Shown here piece after piece: positions 1 through 11,182 of a stretch of DNA of 64,000 nt. The position numbers were made by a program, and so were the translations under genes. The stretch comes from a bacterium. Lineage in GTDB: Bacteria > Vulcanimicrobiota > JAZDOK01. The DNA lies in the NCBI GenBank assembly GCA_043798715.1, contig JAZDOK010000095.1:6284-70283 (forward strand), in the 5' to 3' direction. A model generated the notes under the pieces. That model did no database searches and had not been told where the DNA came from. It was given only the letters and a program-made list of their open reading frames with translations. The stretch's first letter is position 1. Every line of letters begins with the position of its first letter.

Positions 1-221
<221 letters not shown>

Positions 222-243
222 GAGTCGAAAACCGGAAACCGCC

Positions 244-272
244 TTGACTTTTAATCCACATTTGGATAGAAT
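244..272 (+). promoter_or_regulatory. sigma70-type promoter for tRNA-Ala
   Basis: TTGACT(244-249)-17 bp-TAGAAT(267-272), 12 bp before the tRNA. Confidence 0.75.
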
Positions 273-284
273 AGTTTCACTAGT

Positions 285-360
<76 letters not shown>

Positions 361-378
361 TCATTTTCCAACGATTCT

Positions 379-2988
379 TCAGGCTTTTTCCGATGGATCC
401 GTCACTTTAACGATTTCCAGAGTATCATCCCGGGCCGGTATGAGCTCTATGGTGTCTCCCTCCATGAAGCGGCCGTCCAGCAGTTGAAGAGCGATCGGAT
501 CCTGGATGTACTTCTGGATCGTCCGCTTGAGAGGCCGGGCGCCATAAACCGGATCATAGCCTTTTTCGGCCAGGAACTTGCGCGTCTCCTCAGGAATAAG
601 GAGAGTGATCTTCCGCTCGGACAGGCGTTTTCTGAGAAGCTCCGTCTGGATGTCCACGATTTTTTCTATCTGTTCGCGGCCCAGGCTGTTGAAAATGACG
701 ATTTCATCAACCCTGTTTAAAAATTCAGGCCTGAAACTCTGCCGGAGAGCCTCCATGACCCTTCGCCGCATCTCGGCGGGATTGCCTCCGCCCAATTCCT
801 GGATCCACTGGCTCCCGACATTTGAGGTCATCACCACGATGGCGTTCCTGAAATCCACCGTCCTCCCATGCCCGTCCGTAAGCCTCCCGTCGTCCAGAAG
901 CTGAAGAAGGACGTTGAAGACATCCTGGTGGGCCTTCTCTATTTCATCGAACAAAATGACGGAGTAAGGCCGGCGCCGGACAAGTTCGGTGAGCTGTCCT
1001 CCCTCCTCGTAGCCGACATAGCCCGGAGGGGCTCCGATCAGCCTGGAGACTGAATACTTTTCCATGTACTCGCTCATGTCTATTCGAACCATGGCCCGTT
1101 CGTCATCGAAAAGAAATTCGGCCAGGGCCCGGGCCAGTTCCGTCTTGCCAACGCCGGTCGGCCCCAGGAAAATGAATGATCCCATGGGCCGGTTCGGATC
1201 GGCGATTCCGGCCCTGGAACGCCGCACCGCATTGGCGACCGCCGTAATGGCCTCATCCTGCCCTATGACCCTCCTGGCAAGCCGCTCCTCCATGTGGACC
1301 AGTTTCTGCATCTCTCCCTCCATCATTCTGGATACGGGAATGCCGGTCCACTTGGCGACAACTTCGGCAATGTCCTCTTCATCCACTTCTTCCTTCAGAA
1401 ATTTCTGCTTTTCCTGGATTTCAGCCAGCCTAAGGTTCTCCTCATCAATCTTTTTCTTAAGGTCAAGAAGAAGCCCGTAGCGAATCTCGCCCACCCGGGC
1501 CAGGTTCCCCTGCCTCTCAGCTTCGACTTCCTCCCGGCGGGTATTCTCAACTTCTTCTTTCAGCGCCCGAATCTTCTGAATGACATCTTTCTCCAGAAGC
1601 CAGTGGGCCTTCATGGCGTCCGATTTCTCCCGGAGCGAGCCCAGTTCCGCCTCCAGACGGTTCATCCTTTCTTTCGACGGCCCGTCGGTCTCTCTCGACA
1701 GAACCTGTTTTTCTATTTCGAGCTGCATGATTCGCCGCTCGATTTCGTCTATTACGGTGGGCATTGAATCTATCTCGATCCGAAGGTGAGAGGCCGCTTC
1801 GTCAATCAGGTCAACCGCCTTGTCCGGGAGAAATCTGTCCGCGATGTAGCGGTTGGAGAGGACGGCAGCGGCCACCAGGGCGGAATCCTTAATCCGGACC
1901 CCGTGATGAATCTCATATTTCTCCTTTAAGCCCCTCAGGATGGCAATCGTGTCCTCCACGCTCGGCTCCTTGACATAGACCGGCTGGAAGCGGCGCTCCA
2001 GGGCCGCGTCCTTCTCTATGTGCTCACGATATTCATCGAGCGTGGTCGCGCCTATGCACTTTAGCTCCCCCCTCGCCAGGGCGGGTTTCAGCATGTTGGC
2101 GGCATCCACCGCCCCCTCGGCGGCCCCGGCTCCGACCATGGTGTGCATCTCGTCTATGAAAAGGACGATCTCGCCCTCCGCTCCCTGCACTTCCTTGAGA
2201 ACCGCCTTGAGCCTGTCTTCGAACTCGCCGCGGTACTTGGTGCCGGCCACCAGGGAGCCGATATCCAGCGCGATCAGCTTTTTATCCTTGAGGCTCTCCG
2301 GAACGTCGCCCAGGTAGATTCTCTGGGCCAGGCCCTCGACGATGGCGGTCTTTCCCACACCAGGGTCCCCGATGAGGACTGGATTGTTCTTGGTGCGGCG
2401 GGAGAGGACCTGGATGACGCGGCGGATTTCGTCGTCCCGGCCGATGACCGGGTCCATCTTGCCCTTCCGGGCCAGGTCGGTCAGATCCCGTCCGTAGCGC
2501 TGAAGGGCCTGGTATTTCTCCTCCGGCGCCCGATCGGTCACTCTCTGGCAGCCGCGGATTTCGGTCAGGACCTTGTAAATTCCGTCGGCGTCAACCCCGC
2601 CATCCCTTAGAATCCGCGGAGCCGGGCCTTCCCTGTCCCGGGCGATGGCCAGCAGGATATGCTCAGTGCTGAGGAACTCGTCCTTAAGGCGCTCGGCCTC
2701 TATCCATGCCGAATCCAGCACCTTCTTGGTCCGTGGTGATATATAGACACCGGTCGTACTTCCGTGGACCCTGGGTATTTTATCAATTTCGGAAATAAGC
2801 TGCCTTCTTAAGGATTCCGGCTCGACTCCCAGCTTTTTCAGGATGGGGATGACCACCCCGTCGTCCTGCTCCAGCAGGGCGTAGAGGAGGTGCTCGACCT
2901 CGACGGCCTGCTGGTTGCGCTTGTCGGCCATGTCCTGGGCCGCCTGAAGTGCCTCCTGCGCCTTGATGGTCAGATTTTCAAGTCTCAT
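379..2988 (-). CDS. clpB: ATP-dependent disaggregase ClpB
   Basis: 869 aa; Clp-N domain; two AAA+ modules ([16 protein letters not shown]); long coiled-coil M-domain. Confidence 0.95.
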   Translation of the reverse strand: MRLENLTIKAQEALQAAQDMADKRNQQAVEVEHLLYALLEQDDGVVIPILKKLGVEPESLRRQLISEIDKIPRVHGSTTGVYISPRTKKVLDSAWIEAERLKDEFLSTEHILLAIARDREGPAPRILRDGGVDADGIYKVLTEIRGCQRVTDRAPEEKYQALQRYGRDLTDLARKGKMDPVIGRDDEIRRVIQVLSRRTKNNPVLIGDPGVGKTAIVEGLAQRIYLGDVPESLKDKKLIALDIGSLVAGTKYRGEFEDRLKAVLKEVQGAEGEIVLFIDEMHTMVGAGAAEGAVDAANMLKPALARGELKCIGATTLDEYREHIEKDAALERRFQPVYVKEPSVEDTIAILRGLKEKYEIHHGVRIKDSALVAAAVLSNRYIADRFLPDKAVDLIDEAASHLRIEIDSMPTVIDEIERRIMQLEIEKQVLSRETDGPSKERMNRLEAELGSLREKSDAMKAHWLLEKDVIQKIRALKEEVENTRREEVEAERQGNLARVGEIRYGLLLDLKKKIDEENLRLAEIQEKQKFLKEEVDEEDIAEVVAKWTGIPVSRMMEGEMQKLVHMEERLARRVIGQDEAITAVANAVRRSRAGIADPNRPMGSFIFLGPTGVGKTELARALAEFLFDDERAMVRIDMSEYMEKYSVSRLIGAPPGYVGYEEGGQLTELVRRRPYSVILFDEIEKAHQDVFNVLLQLLDDGRLTDGHGRTVDFRNAIVVMTSNVGSQWIQELGGGNPAEMRRRVMEALRQSFRPEFLNRVDEIVIFNSLGREQIEKIVDIQTELLRKRLSERKITLLIPEETRKFLAEKGYDPVYGARPLKRTIQKYIQDPIALQLLDGRFMEGDTIELIPARDDTLEIVKVTDPSEKA

Positions 2989-3079
2989 GGCAACCTCCTG
3001 ACTGCAGGGCAGGGTTTCAGCCCTGTAATAAGGCCTGTCTTATAAAAATTACATTTTTTCGATGAGATAAAATTCTGTA

Positions 3080-3982
3080 TTACGGCTGGATTTCAACCCT
3101 TATTTCCTTGATGCAGTAGTTGGTCCGGGCATCCGAAGATAATTGCCAGAGGATTGTGTTCTGGCCACGGACGCAGTACTGCGTGATGTCGTAATCCATC
3201 GTGGGAAAATTGTTACTCCCTATATCCTGATGGAAGATCAGGTAATTCCCGTTGATCATGATGGAGATCGGGGCCCATCCGGGAAAGTCCCCGCTTCTGG
3301 ATGTCATGTGTTTAAGCTTGAGCGCCACGTTTTTAGGCTCATCGGCAATGGAAAAGTTCGCTTCCAGAGAGCTGGAGGTCGGGTGGACCACTCTCAGATG
3401 AAAGGATATATCATCCTGGTCGGAAAAAAAGCATCCGGGATAGCTGACGGAAAGATTGCCGAGCACGGATTGTCCGGAAAAATCAGCAATAAAAAGATTC
3501 TCTTTTTTTACTTGTTTTTTTATCTTCCTGGGCTCCGGGGGCACTGCTTTCAGAGCCTCTCCGGCCAGTTCGAGAAATGCCGAGATTATCATCGGCGAAT
3601 ATTCGCGGGGGCCTTCCAGGCAGGTGAGCCTCTTTCCTGAGGGAAGGGCAACCAGGAAAGCCGGAAATGCCTTAATCCCGTACTCTCGGGCCAGATCCTG
3701 ACTCTCGTCACTGCCTACTTTAAGGCAGGAGAATTTTTTCGTCAGGGCAATCAAGCCGAGATCGTAAAAACTGTCTTCAATCCTGTTTGTCTGTTCCTTC
3801 TCACCGCTCTGGAAATACAGTAATATGAGCTTCCCGCTCGATGAGGACGCTTCCCGCGCCTCCTTAAGAGACTTCTCCCATAGAATCATCTCCCCGGCTG
3901 AAACCTGGCGGAAGGAAGATACGAATAAAATCAGGATCAGCGACAGGAGAAAAGCGATGAATTTGCGCTGATTAATTCTCAT
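3080..3982 (-). CDS. Exported protein with thioredoxin-like fold (no CxxC) and C-terminal beta-rich domain
   Basis: N-terminal signal peptide; W..SLKEA..ASSSGKLILLYF and LAREYGIKAFPAFLV resemble Thioredoxin_7-type domains. Confidence 0.55.
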   Translation of the reverse strand: MRINQRKFIAFLLSLILILFVSSFRQVSAGEMILWEKSLKEAREASSSSGKLILLYFQSGEKEQTNRIEDSFYDLGLIALTKKFSCLKVGSDESQDLAREYGIKAFPAFLVALPSGKRLTCLEGPREYSPMIISAFLELAGEALKAVPPEPRKIKKQVKKENLFIADFSGQSVLGNLSVSYPGCFFSDQDDISFHLRVVHPTSSSLEANFSIADEPKNVALKLKHMTSRSGDFPGWAPISIMINGNYLIFHQDIGSNNFPTMDYDITQYCVRGQNTILWQLSSDARTNYCIKEIRVEIQP

Positions 3983-4067
3983 CAGAATACTCCGATATTT
4001 CCTGGCTCATGATTAACAGGATTCCGCATGGCTGCCTTATTGAAGGCAACCCTGCAGAATGGATGGT

Positions 4068-5387
4068 TCAGCTTCCTTTTTCAACCTTGGTAAGCGCCTC
4101 ATCCAGGACCTTAAGAGCCCTGTCCGCATCAGACTTATTTATGATCAGCGGGGGTTTCAGGCGGATGACGTTCCCGTCGAGTCCTCCCTTGCCGATTAGG
4201 ACTCCCCGATCCTTGCAGATTTCCATGACCTTTTTCATCTCGGCGGTGGCGGGGGCCTTTTTCTCCTTTACCAGTTCGATGCCGATCATGAGGCCCTTGC
4301 CTCTCACGTCCCCGATTAGAGCGTGTTTCTTCTTGAGTTCCCCGAGGCCATCCATGAGATAATTCCCCACGACCCGGGCGTTTTTGGCCAGGTTTTCCTT
4401 TTCTATGTATTCGATATTGGCCAGGGCCCCCACGCAGGAGATCGGGTTCCCCCCGAAGGTGCTGAAATGCTGACCCGTCTTTATGGAAGAGGCGACTTTG
4501 GAAGTGGTGATGAAGCCCCCGATGGCCAGGCCGTTGCCCATCCCCTTGGCCAGGGTCATCATGTCGGGCACGACGCCCCAGTGCTCGATTCCGAACCACT
4601 TGTCACCGGTGCGCCCGAATCCGGTCTGGACCTCGTCTGAGATCAGGAGGATGCCGTATTTGTCCAGGATCTCCTTGATCACCTTGAAGTATTCCGGAGG
4701 AGGAACGATGACCCCGCCGTTGCCCTGGATGGGCTCGGCGATCATGGCGGCCACCTTTAAAGAGGTGCAGGTCCGGATGATGTTTTCCAGGTCCCTGGCG
4801 CAGACCAGGTCGCAGGAGGGATAGGTCTGCCCGTATGAGCAGCGGTAGCAGTAGGCGCTGGATATGAAATTAACCCCGAAGACGTAGGGATTTCCCACCC
4901 GCCAGTTGTGCTGGCCGGTGAAGCTCATACCCATTATGGAACGGCCGTGAAACGAGTTGCGAAGGGCTATGAATTCATGGGAGCCGGTGTGCAACTTTGA
5001 AAGAAGCGCCGCTCCTTCATTGGCCTCGGTTCCGCTGTTGCAGATAAAGGACTTGTTCAGATCGCCGGGAGCAATCTGGGCCAGCTTTTCCGCCAGGTCC
5101 ACCATCGGCGAGGTCAGGTACAACGTCGTGGTGTGCTGAAGGGTCTTCACCTGCTGAATGATTTTCTCGGCGATCTCCGGATTGCAGTGACCCGAATTGA
5201 CCGTGACTACGCCGGCGAAAAAATCCAGGTATTCTTTGCCCTTTTCGTCATATAGAAACTGCCCCTTTCCCTGCACGATGTGCGGCGGGGCATCATAGTA
5301 GTGACTGACACAGGGAAGGAGGAACTCTTTACGTTTTCTGAGCACCTCTTCAGCCGAATATGTCTTTTTTTCATCAATTGTCTTCAT
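4068..5387 (-). CDS. Class III PLP aminotransferase (AGXT2/4-aminobutyrate aminotransferase-like)
   Basis: SGTEANE, FHGRS, EPIQGNGG, DEVQTGFGRTG, TLAKGMGNG, STFGGNP; start moved to ATG 5387 with a GAGGG SD. Confidence 0.9.
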   Translation of the reverse strand: MKTIDEKKTYSAEEVLRKRKEFLLPCVSHYYDAPPHIVQGKGQFLYDEKGKEYLDFFAGVVTVNSGHCNPEIAEKIIQQVKTLQHTTTLYLTSPMVDLAEKLAQIAPGDLNKSFICNSGTEANEGAALLSKLHTGSHEFIALRNSFHGRSIMGMSFTGQHNWRVGNPYVFGVNFISSAYCYRCSYGQTYPSCDLVCARDLENIIRTCTSLKVAAMIAEPIQGNGGVIVPPPEYFKVIKEILDKYGILLISDEVQTGFGRTGDKWFGIEHWGVVPDMMTLAKGMGNGLAIGGFITTSKVASSIKTGQHFSTFGGNPISCVGALANIEYIEKENLAKNARVVGNYLMDGLGELKKKHALIGDVRGKGLMIGIELVKEKKAPATAEMKKVMEICKDRGVLIGKGGLDGNVIRLKPPLIINKSDADRALKVLDEALTKVEKGS

Positions 5388-5499
5388 TGTTGAATCCCTC
5401 CTCATAGTGATTTCATACAATAGTTCGTCCGCTCAAAGCCAAAATCCTGTTAGAAGCTAGTTTGGCGTAAGAGGAAAGTCCATTCTCGAGGTAATTGGG

Positions 5500-5528
5500 T
5501 TGAAATCTACCAGGGAAAGTGCTAGAAT
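5500..5528 (+). promoter_or_regulatory. sigma70 promoter upstream of M-box
   Basis: TTGAAA-17 bp-TAGAAT with extended -10 TG, about 7 bp before the riboswitch. Confidence 0.65.
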
Positions 5529-5534
5529 GTTGAC

Positions 5535-5682
5535 ACCTCGGTAGGTGAGGCTCCTGCAGGGATACGGGTTGCTGCCGCAAAAGGTTGGAGACAACCTGAG
5601 CTGGCGAACAGATTTTGTCGAATCTCAAGGCCCAATCTAATGCAACTTCAGCGCCTTGTGGTGCCAAAACTTGGACGAGAGC
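5535..5682 (+). ncRNA. M-box (ykoK leader) Mg2+ riboswitch
   Basis: Hallmark segments TAGGTGAGGCTCCTG, GATAC, GCTGCCGCAAAA, AACAG..TCGA..AAGG..CTAATGCA, GTGCCAAAAC..ACGAG; lies upstream of Mg-transport genes. Confidence 0.9.
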
Positions 5683-5697
5683 GAGATGCGCTTTTGC

Positions 5698-5737
5698 CTT
5701 CGCTCCGTTTTATATCTGGGCGGGGGTTTTGTTTTTC
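5698..5737 (+). terminator. Probable intrinsic terminator (riboswitch expression platform)
   Basis: CTTCGCTC...GGGCGGGG stem with G-U pairs followed by TTTTGTTTTT. Confidence 0.5.
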
Positions 5738-5752
5738 AAGGAGGGATGCTCG

Positions 5753-7003
5753 ATGGTCAAAGCAATTTCGACTCTCTATCTGAGCCGAATCCTCGGGAAC
5801 CCTTTTTACTCTAAAACCGGCGAAATGCTTGGCCGTCTCCAGGATTTAGTCGTGGATGCGGATGAAATTCGCCCCAAGGTCATCGCCGCCAAGGTTAAAA
5901 TCGGCAAAGACAACCGGCTCATTGATTTTTCGGCCTTCGAAATCTCCAAGGTCAGCAACCGGTATATCCTCCGCTGCGAGGAACTTCGGGAGATGGGGGA
6001 ACTCAAGGAGAATATCCTCTACCTTTTTAAAAGCATCGTGGATAAACAGATCGTGGACATGTATGGGCGGAAAGTCGTCCGGGTCAACGACCTCCGACTG
6101 GCCAATCTGTCTTCCGGCACTTATCTGGTAGCGGTGGACGTGGGAATCGAGGGCCTCTTGAGGCGGCTCGGGGTGGCCAGGACCATCAAGTCATTTTTAA
6201 AGCCGTTGGGAAAGAGCATTCCCAGCAAGCTTATCCTCTGGGACGAAGTGGCGACGATAGGTTTTTCAAACCTGGGTCTCAAGCTATCCAAAACCGACTC
6301 CAAGCTCTATACACTCCATCCCTCCGACCTGGCTGACATAATCGAGGATCTCGATCGTAAGACCCAGGCAGCCGTGTTCGCGGCACTAGACGAAGAAAAG
6401 GCCGCGGATGTCATGGAGGAGCTGGAGACGGATGCCCAGATCAGCATTCTGGGGAGCCTCACGGTCGAGAAGGCAGCCGATCTTCTCGAAAAAATGCCGG
6501 CGGACGAGGCGGCCGACATCCTGGATGAATTGGACGACGAAGAGGCTGAAAAGCTCCTCCGGGAAATGGAGATAGAGACCTCCGAAGAAGTCCGGGAACT
6601 CATGGAATACCCGGAGAATACCGTCGGAAGCTTCATGTCCACGGATTATTTCTCATTCAGGGAAAACCTGACGGTTAACCAGACAATTCTCAGCCTCAGA
6701 CATCTAAGGCCCGAGGCTAATAACATTTATTACCTATACGTGGTGGATGAAAAAGAGCGGATCGTCGGGACCGTCTCCCTCAGGGACCTGATTGTTTCCG
6801 AGCCGGACGTACAACTTGAGGCCATCATGAACCGGGAGGTAGTCCTCGTTCACGACAGCGACAAGCTGGATTCCATGGTGGAAATCGTCTCCAAGTACAA
6901 TCTGCTGGCCATCCCGGTGGTTGATGATGATATGAAGATGCTGGGAATGGTCATCATTGACGACCTCGTCCACAATCTTCTTAAGGCAAGAAAGAGACAG
7001 TAG
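5753..7003 (+). CDS. Soluble MgtE-type cytoplasmic protein (PRC-barrel + MgtE-N + CBS pair, no TM domain)
   Basis: LHPSDLADIIEDLD, acidic MgtE-N helices, CBS motifs (YYLYVVD..GTVSLRDL; YNLLAIPVVD); start at ATG 5753 after AAGGAGG. Confidence 0.85.
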   Translation: MVKAISTLYLSRILGNPFYSKTGEMLGRLQDLVVDADEIRPKVIAAKVKIGKDNRLIDFSAFEISKVSNRYILRCEELREMGELKENILYLFKSIVDKQIVDMYGRKVVRVNDLRLANLSSGTYLVAVDVGIEGLLRRLGVARTIKSFLKPLGKSIPSKLILWDEVATIGFSNLGLKLSKTDSKLYTLHPSDLADIIEDLDRKTQAAVFAALDEEKAADVMEELETDAQISILGSLTVEKAADLLEKMPADEAADILDELDDEEAEKLLREMEIETSEEVRELMEYPENTVGSFMSTDYFSFRENLTVNQTILSLRHLRPEANNIYYLYVVDEKERIVGTVSLRDLIVSEPDVQLEAIMNREVVLVHDSDKLDSMVEIVSKYNLLAIPVVDDDMKMLGMVIIDDLVHNLLKARKRQ

Positions 7004-7014
7004 GCGGAGGGAGC

Positions 7015-8265
7015 ATGGAGGCTGTCAGACCCCGGAAAATAACCTTCTGGAGAAATATTCTCATCTTCCTGGCCATTCTCGGACCCGGAATCGTAACCGG
7101 CAGCGTGGATAATGACGCCGGCGGCATAACCACATATTCAGTAGCCGGCGCCAATTACGGCTACCAGCTTCTCTGGACCTTGATCCCCGCCTTCATAGTC
7201 CTGCTGGTTATTCAGGAGATGAACGCCCGCATGGGCATCGTGACCGGAAAGGGCCTGGCAGATCTGATTCGGGAAAATGCGGGAGTCAAAATCACCTTTT
7301 TCATCTTCGTGGGACTCCTCATTGCGGACATCGGCAACACCACTACGGAATTCGCCGGGGTGGCCGGCAGCATGCAGGTCTTCGGCGTCAGCAAGTACAT
7401 ATCCGTACCACTGGCGGCCATTGCCGTCTGGTTCCTGGTAGTCAAGGGAACTTATCGTTCCGCTGAAAAAATCTTCCTTGTATTCAGCGTCTTCCTGCTC
7501 TCCTACGTCGTCTCGGCCATCCTTGGAAAACCCCATTGGGGTGAGATCGGCACAGCCATGATCCACCCGCAGATGAAAATGGATTTCGGCACCATCTCCA
7601 TCGTAATAGGGATAATAGGGACGACCATAGCGCCCTGGATGCAATTTTACATGCAGTCCGCGGTCATCGAGAAGGGCCTCAAGATGGAGGACTACCGGTA
7701 TACCCTGTGGGACGTCGTCATCGGCTGCATCATGACGGTGGTCGTGGCTTTCTTCATCATCGTGGCCTGCGCCGCCACCCTGCACGTGAACGGGATTCGA
7801 ATAGAGGAGGCCAAGGATGCGGCCATGGCCCTCCGCCCCCTAGCAGGAGCTTTGGCATCGCAGGTGTTCGCCTTCGGCCTCTTAATCGCCTCGATTTTCT
7901 CGGCCACCATCCTGCCCATCGCGACGGCTTTTTACGTCTGCGAGGCCTTCGGCTTTGAGGCCGGGATCGACAAGACATGGAAAGAGGCCCCCGAATTCTA
8001 CGTGCTCTACACGGCCATCATCGCCATTGCCGTCGGCATTGTCCTAATCCCCAACGCCCCGCTCATCACCATAACCCTCTGGTCGCAGATCATCAACGGA
8101 ATTCTTCTCCCGGTCGTCCTGGTCTGTATGATTTTCCTGGTCAACAACCGCGACGTCATGGGGGAGCATGTCAACAAGCCCATCGTTAACATCATCGGAT
8201 GGGCCACCGTCGTCATCCTGGTCTCTCTCTCCGCCCTGCTCCTGATTCTATCACTGGTTCGTTGA
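7015..8265 (+). CDS. Nramp-family divalent metal transporter, NRMT (Mg2+) type
   Basis: GPGIVTGSVDNDAGGITTYS, QEMNARMG, GTTIAPWMQF; about 11 TM segments; DAGG replaces DPGN. Confidence 0.85.
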   Translation: MEAVRPRKITFWRNILIFLAILGPGIVTGSVDNDAGGITTYSVAGANYGYQLLWTLIPAFIVLLVIQEMNARMGIVTGKGLADLIRENAGVKITFFIFVGLLIADIGNTTTEFAGVAGSMQVFGVSKYISVPLAAIAVWFLVVKGTYRSAEKIFLVFSVFLLSYVVSAILGKPHWGEIGTAMIHPQMKMDFGTISIVIGIIGTTIAPWMQFYMQSAVIEKGLKMEDYRYTLWDVVIGCIMTVVVAFFIIVACAATLHVNGIRIEEAKDAAMALRPLAGALASQVFAFGLLIASIFSATILPIATAFYVCEAFGFEAGIDKTWKEAPEFYVLYTAIIAIAVGIVLIPNAPLITITLWSQIINGILLPVVLVCMIFLVNNRDVMGEHVNKPIVNIIGWATVVILVSLSALLLILSLVR

Positions 8266-8318
8266 CAAACGTCATGATCGATTGGCGGGAATAAATTACT
8301 GAAAAAGGAGTACTTAAG

Positions 8319-9608
8319 ATGCAGGGAATTCAGGAAATAAACTTTATCACGAAGAGCGACTTTTCCAGCCTGGTGCACTTTGCCCAGGAACTGATTCAAA
8401 TCAAGAGTCTCTCGGGGCAGGAAAAGCCCGTTGTGGAAAAATGCATTCGGGAGGCGGCCCGCCTCGATTTCAACGAATCATACTTCGACCGGATGGGAAA
8501 TTTTATAGGAAAGATCGTAGTCGGCGACGGTCGGGGTAAAAAAGTCGTCCTCACCGGACACCTGGACACGGTCAACGCCGACCCCTCCCGCTGGGCGGAG
8601 GAGACAAGACCTTTCTCCGGTTCCGTGAAGGAGCGCCGGCTCTACGGACGCGGCGCCTCGGACATGAAGGGGGCTTTCGCCGCCATGTTCTATGCCGCCC
8701 GGCTCCTTGGGAGCTTGCCTCCCGAAGAATACGGCGGGGAGATCTACGTCGTGGGCACAGTGGTGGAAGAACTATTCGAGGGAGTCTGTTTTCTCGAAGC
8801 CATCAAAAAAATTCGCCCCGACTACGTGATCGTAGGAGAGGCCAGCGAGTGCCGCATAAATGTCGGCCAGCGGGGACGCGGAGAGATACTGATCGGCATC
8901 TACGGTTACGGAAAGCACGCTTCAGTGGGCCGAACCACCATAAACCCCGTAGAGCAGGTGGCTTACATTATAGACGCCTTTCACCGCTGGTATCGCTCGG
9001 AACCGGTCGCTCTTCTTGGAAAGCGCAACATCGTTCCCACCGACATCAAGATTCCCGAAGGCGGCGGGGGCGGCCTCGACGGTCGGGGCGGCAACTCCAC
9101 CGTCCCCAACGAGGTGGAACTTACATACGATGTGAGAACCCTGCCGGGAGACACGGAAAAGTCCATCATCAAGCTCATCCGGGACAACCTTAAGCCCGTA
9201 GTCCGGAACGGAAAGAAAAAGCATCCCTCCTTCATCGATCCCACGATCGAGTATGCCAGCGAGGAATGCACCACCTACACGGGAGTGAAGATCAAGCAGA
9301 ATAAGTTTGCCCCGGCATGGAAGACGGAAGAGGGAGAGGAAATCGTCCTTAAGGCCGTCAGGGGCTTAAACAAGATTGGACTTCCAGCCGAAATCGGGGC
9401 CTACAGCTTCTGCACTGACGGAAGCGCCGTGGTCAAATACCGGGAGCTTTTCCCTGAGGCATCCTGCCAGATAATAGGTTTCGGACCATCAAACGAGTCC
9501 CAGGCACACACCACCAACGAATCCATATCCTTAGATGAGATACAGAAGGCCTACCTGGGTTACAGCGCCATCATTTCTGAACTTCTGAGCAAGAAGGGGC
9601 AGGACTGA
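8319..9608 (+). CDS. M20 family metallo-hydrolase (YgeY/DapE-like)
   Basis: GHLDTV, GRGASDMKG, VVEE, GE, FCTDG, GFGP..AH motifs. Confidence 0.85.
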   Translation: MQGIQEINFITKSDFSSLVHFAQELIQIKSLSGQEKPVVEKCIREAARLDFNESYFDRMGNFIGKIVVGDGRGKKVVLTGHLDTVNADPSRWAEETRPFSGSVKERRLYGRGASDMKGAFAAMFYAARLLGSLPPEEYGGEIYVVGTVVEELFEGVCFLEAIKKIRPDYVIVGEASECRINVGQRGRGEILIGIYGYGKHASVGRTTINPVEQVAYIIDAFHRWYRSEPVALLGKRNIVPTDIKIPEGGGGGLDGRGGNSTVPNEVELTYDVRTLPGDTEKSIIKLIRDNLKPVVRNGKKKHPSFIDPTIEYASEECTTYTGVKIKQNKFAPAWKTEEGEEIVLKAVRGLNKIGLPAEIGAYSFCTDGSAVVKYRELFPEASCQIIGFGPSNESQAHTTNESISLDEIQKAYLGYSAIISELLSKKGQD

Positions 9609-9951
9609 CCGGGGATAAACATATCCAGTTGTTTTTAAACAGCTTTTGATTCTCTTTATGCCACTTGAGGAAAAGCCTGTCGAAATCGGGCTTGTTTTTT
9701 TTGGATGAAAGAAAAATGAAAACGGTTACTTCGTCCGGGATTTCTTCAACCTGGGATTCCCGCCACTCCTTCCAATGGGGATGCTTCAAAATCTCTTTCT
9801 TCGATACCAGGCATTCCTCCACGGAAAAGCGGAGATTCTCCCGATTGAAGAATTCGATTAGTTTGTCAGCCGGGTTCCCCGGTTCACGCGCCTGTTCGGC
9901 CGTGCAGGTGATTTCCGCAATGACAGCCTTAAACTCATTAAAAAGTCTCAT
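9571..9951 (-). CDS. Hypothetical protein
   Basis: 126-aa ORF whose ATG abuts the corA stop. Confidence 0.55.
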   Translation of the reverse strand: MRLFNEFKAVIAEITCTAEQAREPGNPADKLIEFFNRENLRFSVEECLVSKKEILKHPHWKEWRESQVEEIPDEVTVFIFLSSKKNKPDFDRLFLKWHKENQKLFKNNWICLSPVSPAPSCSEVQK

Positions 9952-11142
9952 CTAGATCCAGCCCCGCTTCTTGAACCACAAAAGCATCCCGACGGCGATG
10001 CTCGTGCAGATGGTCCAGAAAATCGGGTAAGTCAAGTTAGATTGATTTTCCGGAATGGGCATGTTCATCCCGTAGACCCCCGCCAGGAAGGTGAGGGGGA
10101 TGAAGATGGTGCCGATTATGGTGAGCACTTTCATCACTTCATTCAGGCGGGTGCTCATCGCGGTCATGTGGGTTTCCGTGAGAGCCGTGGCCACTTCGTG
10201 GTAGGTTTCGATGAGATCTATGAGCTGCACCGTATTGTCGGACACGTCACGCAGGTACATCCGCGTCGTTTCGCTCAGAAGTTCGCTCTGCTCGCGCATA
10301 AGCGTATTAATGACCGTGCGCATCGGCCAGATGGTGCGGCGCAGGATGAGGAGCTCCCTCTTAAGGTGGTGAATCTCGTGGCTAGTCTGCCGGTCGGGGT
10401 TTTCCAGGATACGCTCTTCCATCTCCTCCAGCTGGTCCCCGTAGTGTTCCAGAATGGGGAAACACTGATCCAGAACGGCGTCAAGGAGCGTATAGATGAG
10501 GTAGCTGGGGTCGTTTACCCGAATCCTTGAGCCCGCCTGGGCGATCCGCTGGCGGATGGGGTCCCACACATCTCCCCGGGTCTCCTGGAAGGTAAGCACC
10601 GTCTTATGCCCGAGGAACATGCTGATTTGCTCGCTGTGGAGCTTCCCCTCGATGAGTTGGATCATGCGGGCCACTATGAAGAGGCGGGGCCGAAGGCCGC
10701 TCTCCTCCGTGTAGGCCTCCACCTTGGGGCGCTGGGGGACGCAGAGCATGTCCTCCAGCGCCAGAGGATGCAGTTCGTACTTTTCCGCAAGGGCCCGGAT
10801 GACTGAATGATCCGTGAGGCCGTCCACATTTATCCAGCGAACGGAGGACCATGGCGGCCGATGGCCGGCGATGAACTCGTCGACGTCCTCCACGTCGAGG
10901 CGCTGGTATTGGTCGGGGCTGTAGTCTATGCAGGTTACGGAGCAAGGCCCTTCCTGTCCGGGGGCCTGGAAAAGCTGGTAGGTCTCGATGCCGGGGGAGG
11001 TCCCCGGCGGAGCTGAACTGGGGCGCGGAATCTCAAGGCCGAGGGGCTGGATTGCCTCCTCATCATCCTCCTCTATCCGCTTTTTTTCTTCTTCGAGATC
11101 ATCCTCGCATACGGGAGTCTCCCGAAATCTTTCTTTTTCCAT
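9952..11142 (-). CDS. corA: Magnesium/cobalt transporter CorA
   Basis: WINVDGL, LHPLALED..QRPKVE, FIPLTFLAGVYGMN signature, two C-terminal TMs. Confidence 0.93.
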   Translation of the reverse strand: MEKERFRETPVCEDDLEEEKKRIEEDDEEAIQPLGLEIPRPSSAPPGTSPGIETYQLFQAPGQEGPCSVTCIDYSPDQYQRLDVEDVDEFIAGHRPPWSSVRWINVDGLTDHSVIRALAEKYELHPLALEDMLCVPQRPKVEAYTEESGLRPRLFIVARMIQLIEGKLHSEQISMFLGHKTVLTFQETRGDVWDPIRQRIAQAGSRIRVNDPSYLIYTLLDAVLDQCFPILEHYGDQLEEMEERILENPDRQTSHEIHHLKRELLILRRTIWPMRTVINTLMREQSELLSETTRMYLRDVSDNTVQLIDLIETYHEVATALTETHMTAMSTRLNEVMKVLTIIGTIFIPLTFLAGVYGMNMPIPENQSNLTYPIFWTICTSIAVGMLLWFKKRGWI

Positions 11143-11182
11143 TAAGAAGGATTTTCAACGCGGGAAAAAGGATCCCTTTGAT

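Noticed and set aside
2989-3079. CIRCE or CtsR operator upstream of clpB
   Set aside because: No TTAGCACTC-N9-GAGTGCTAA or CtsR heptad repeats; only a CAGGGC/GCCCTG hairpin
5615-5752. N-terminal extension of the MgtE-like ORF and the 5413-5667 ORF
   Set aside because: Both overlap the M-box riboswitch; a good SD supports ATG 5753
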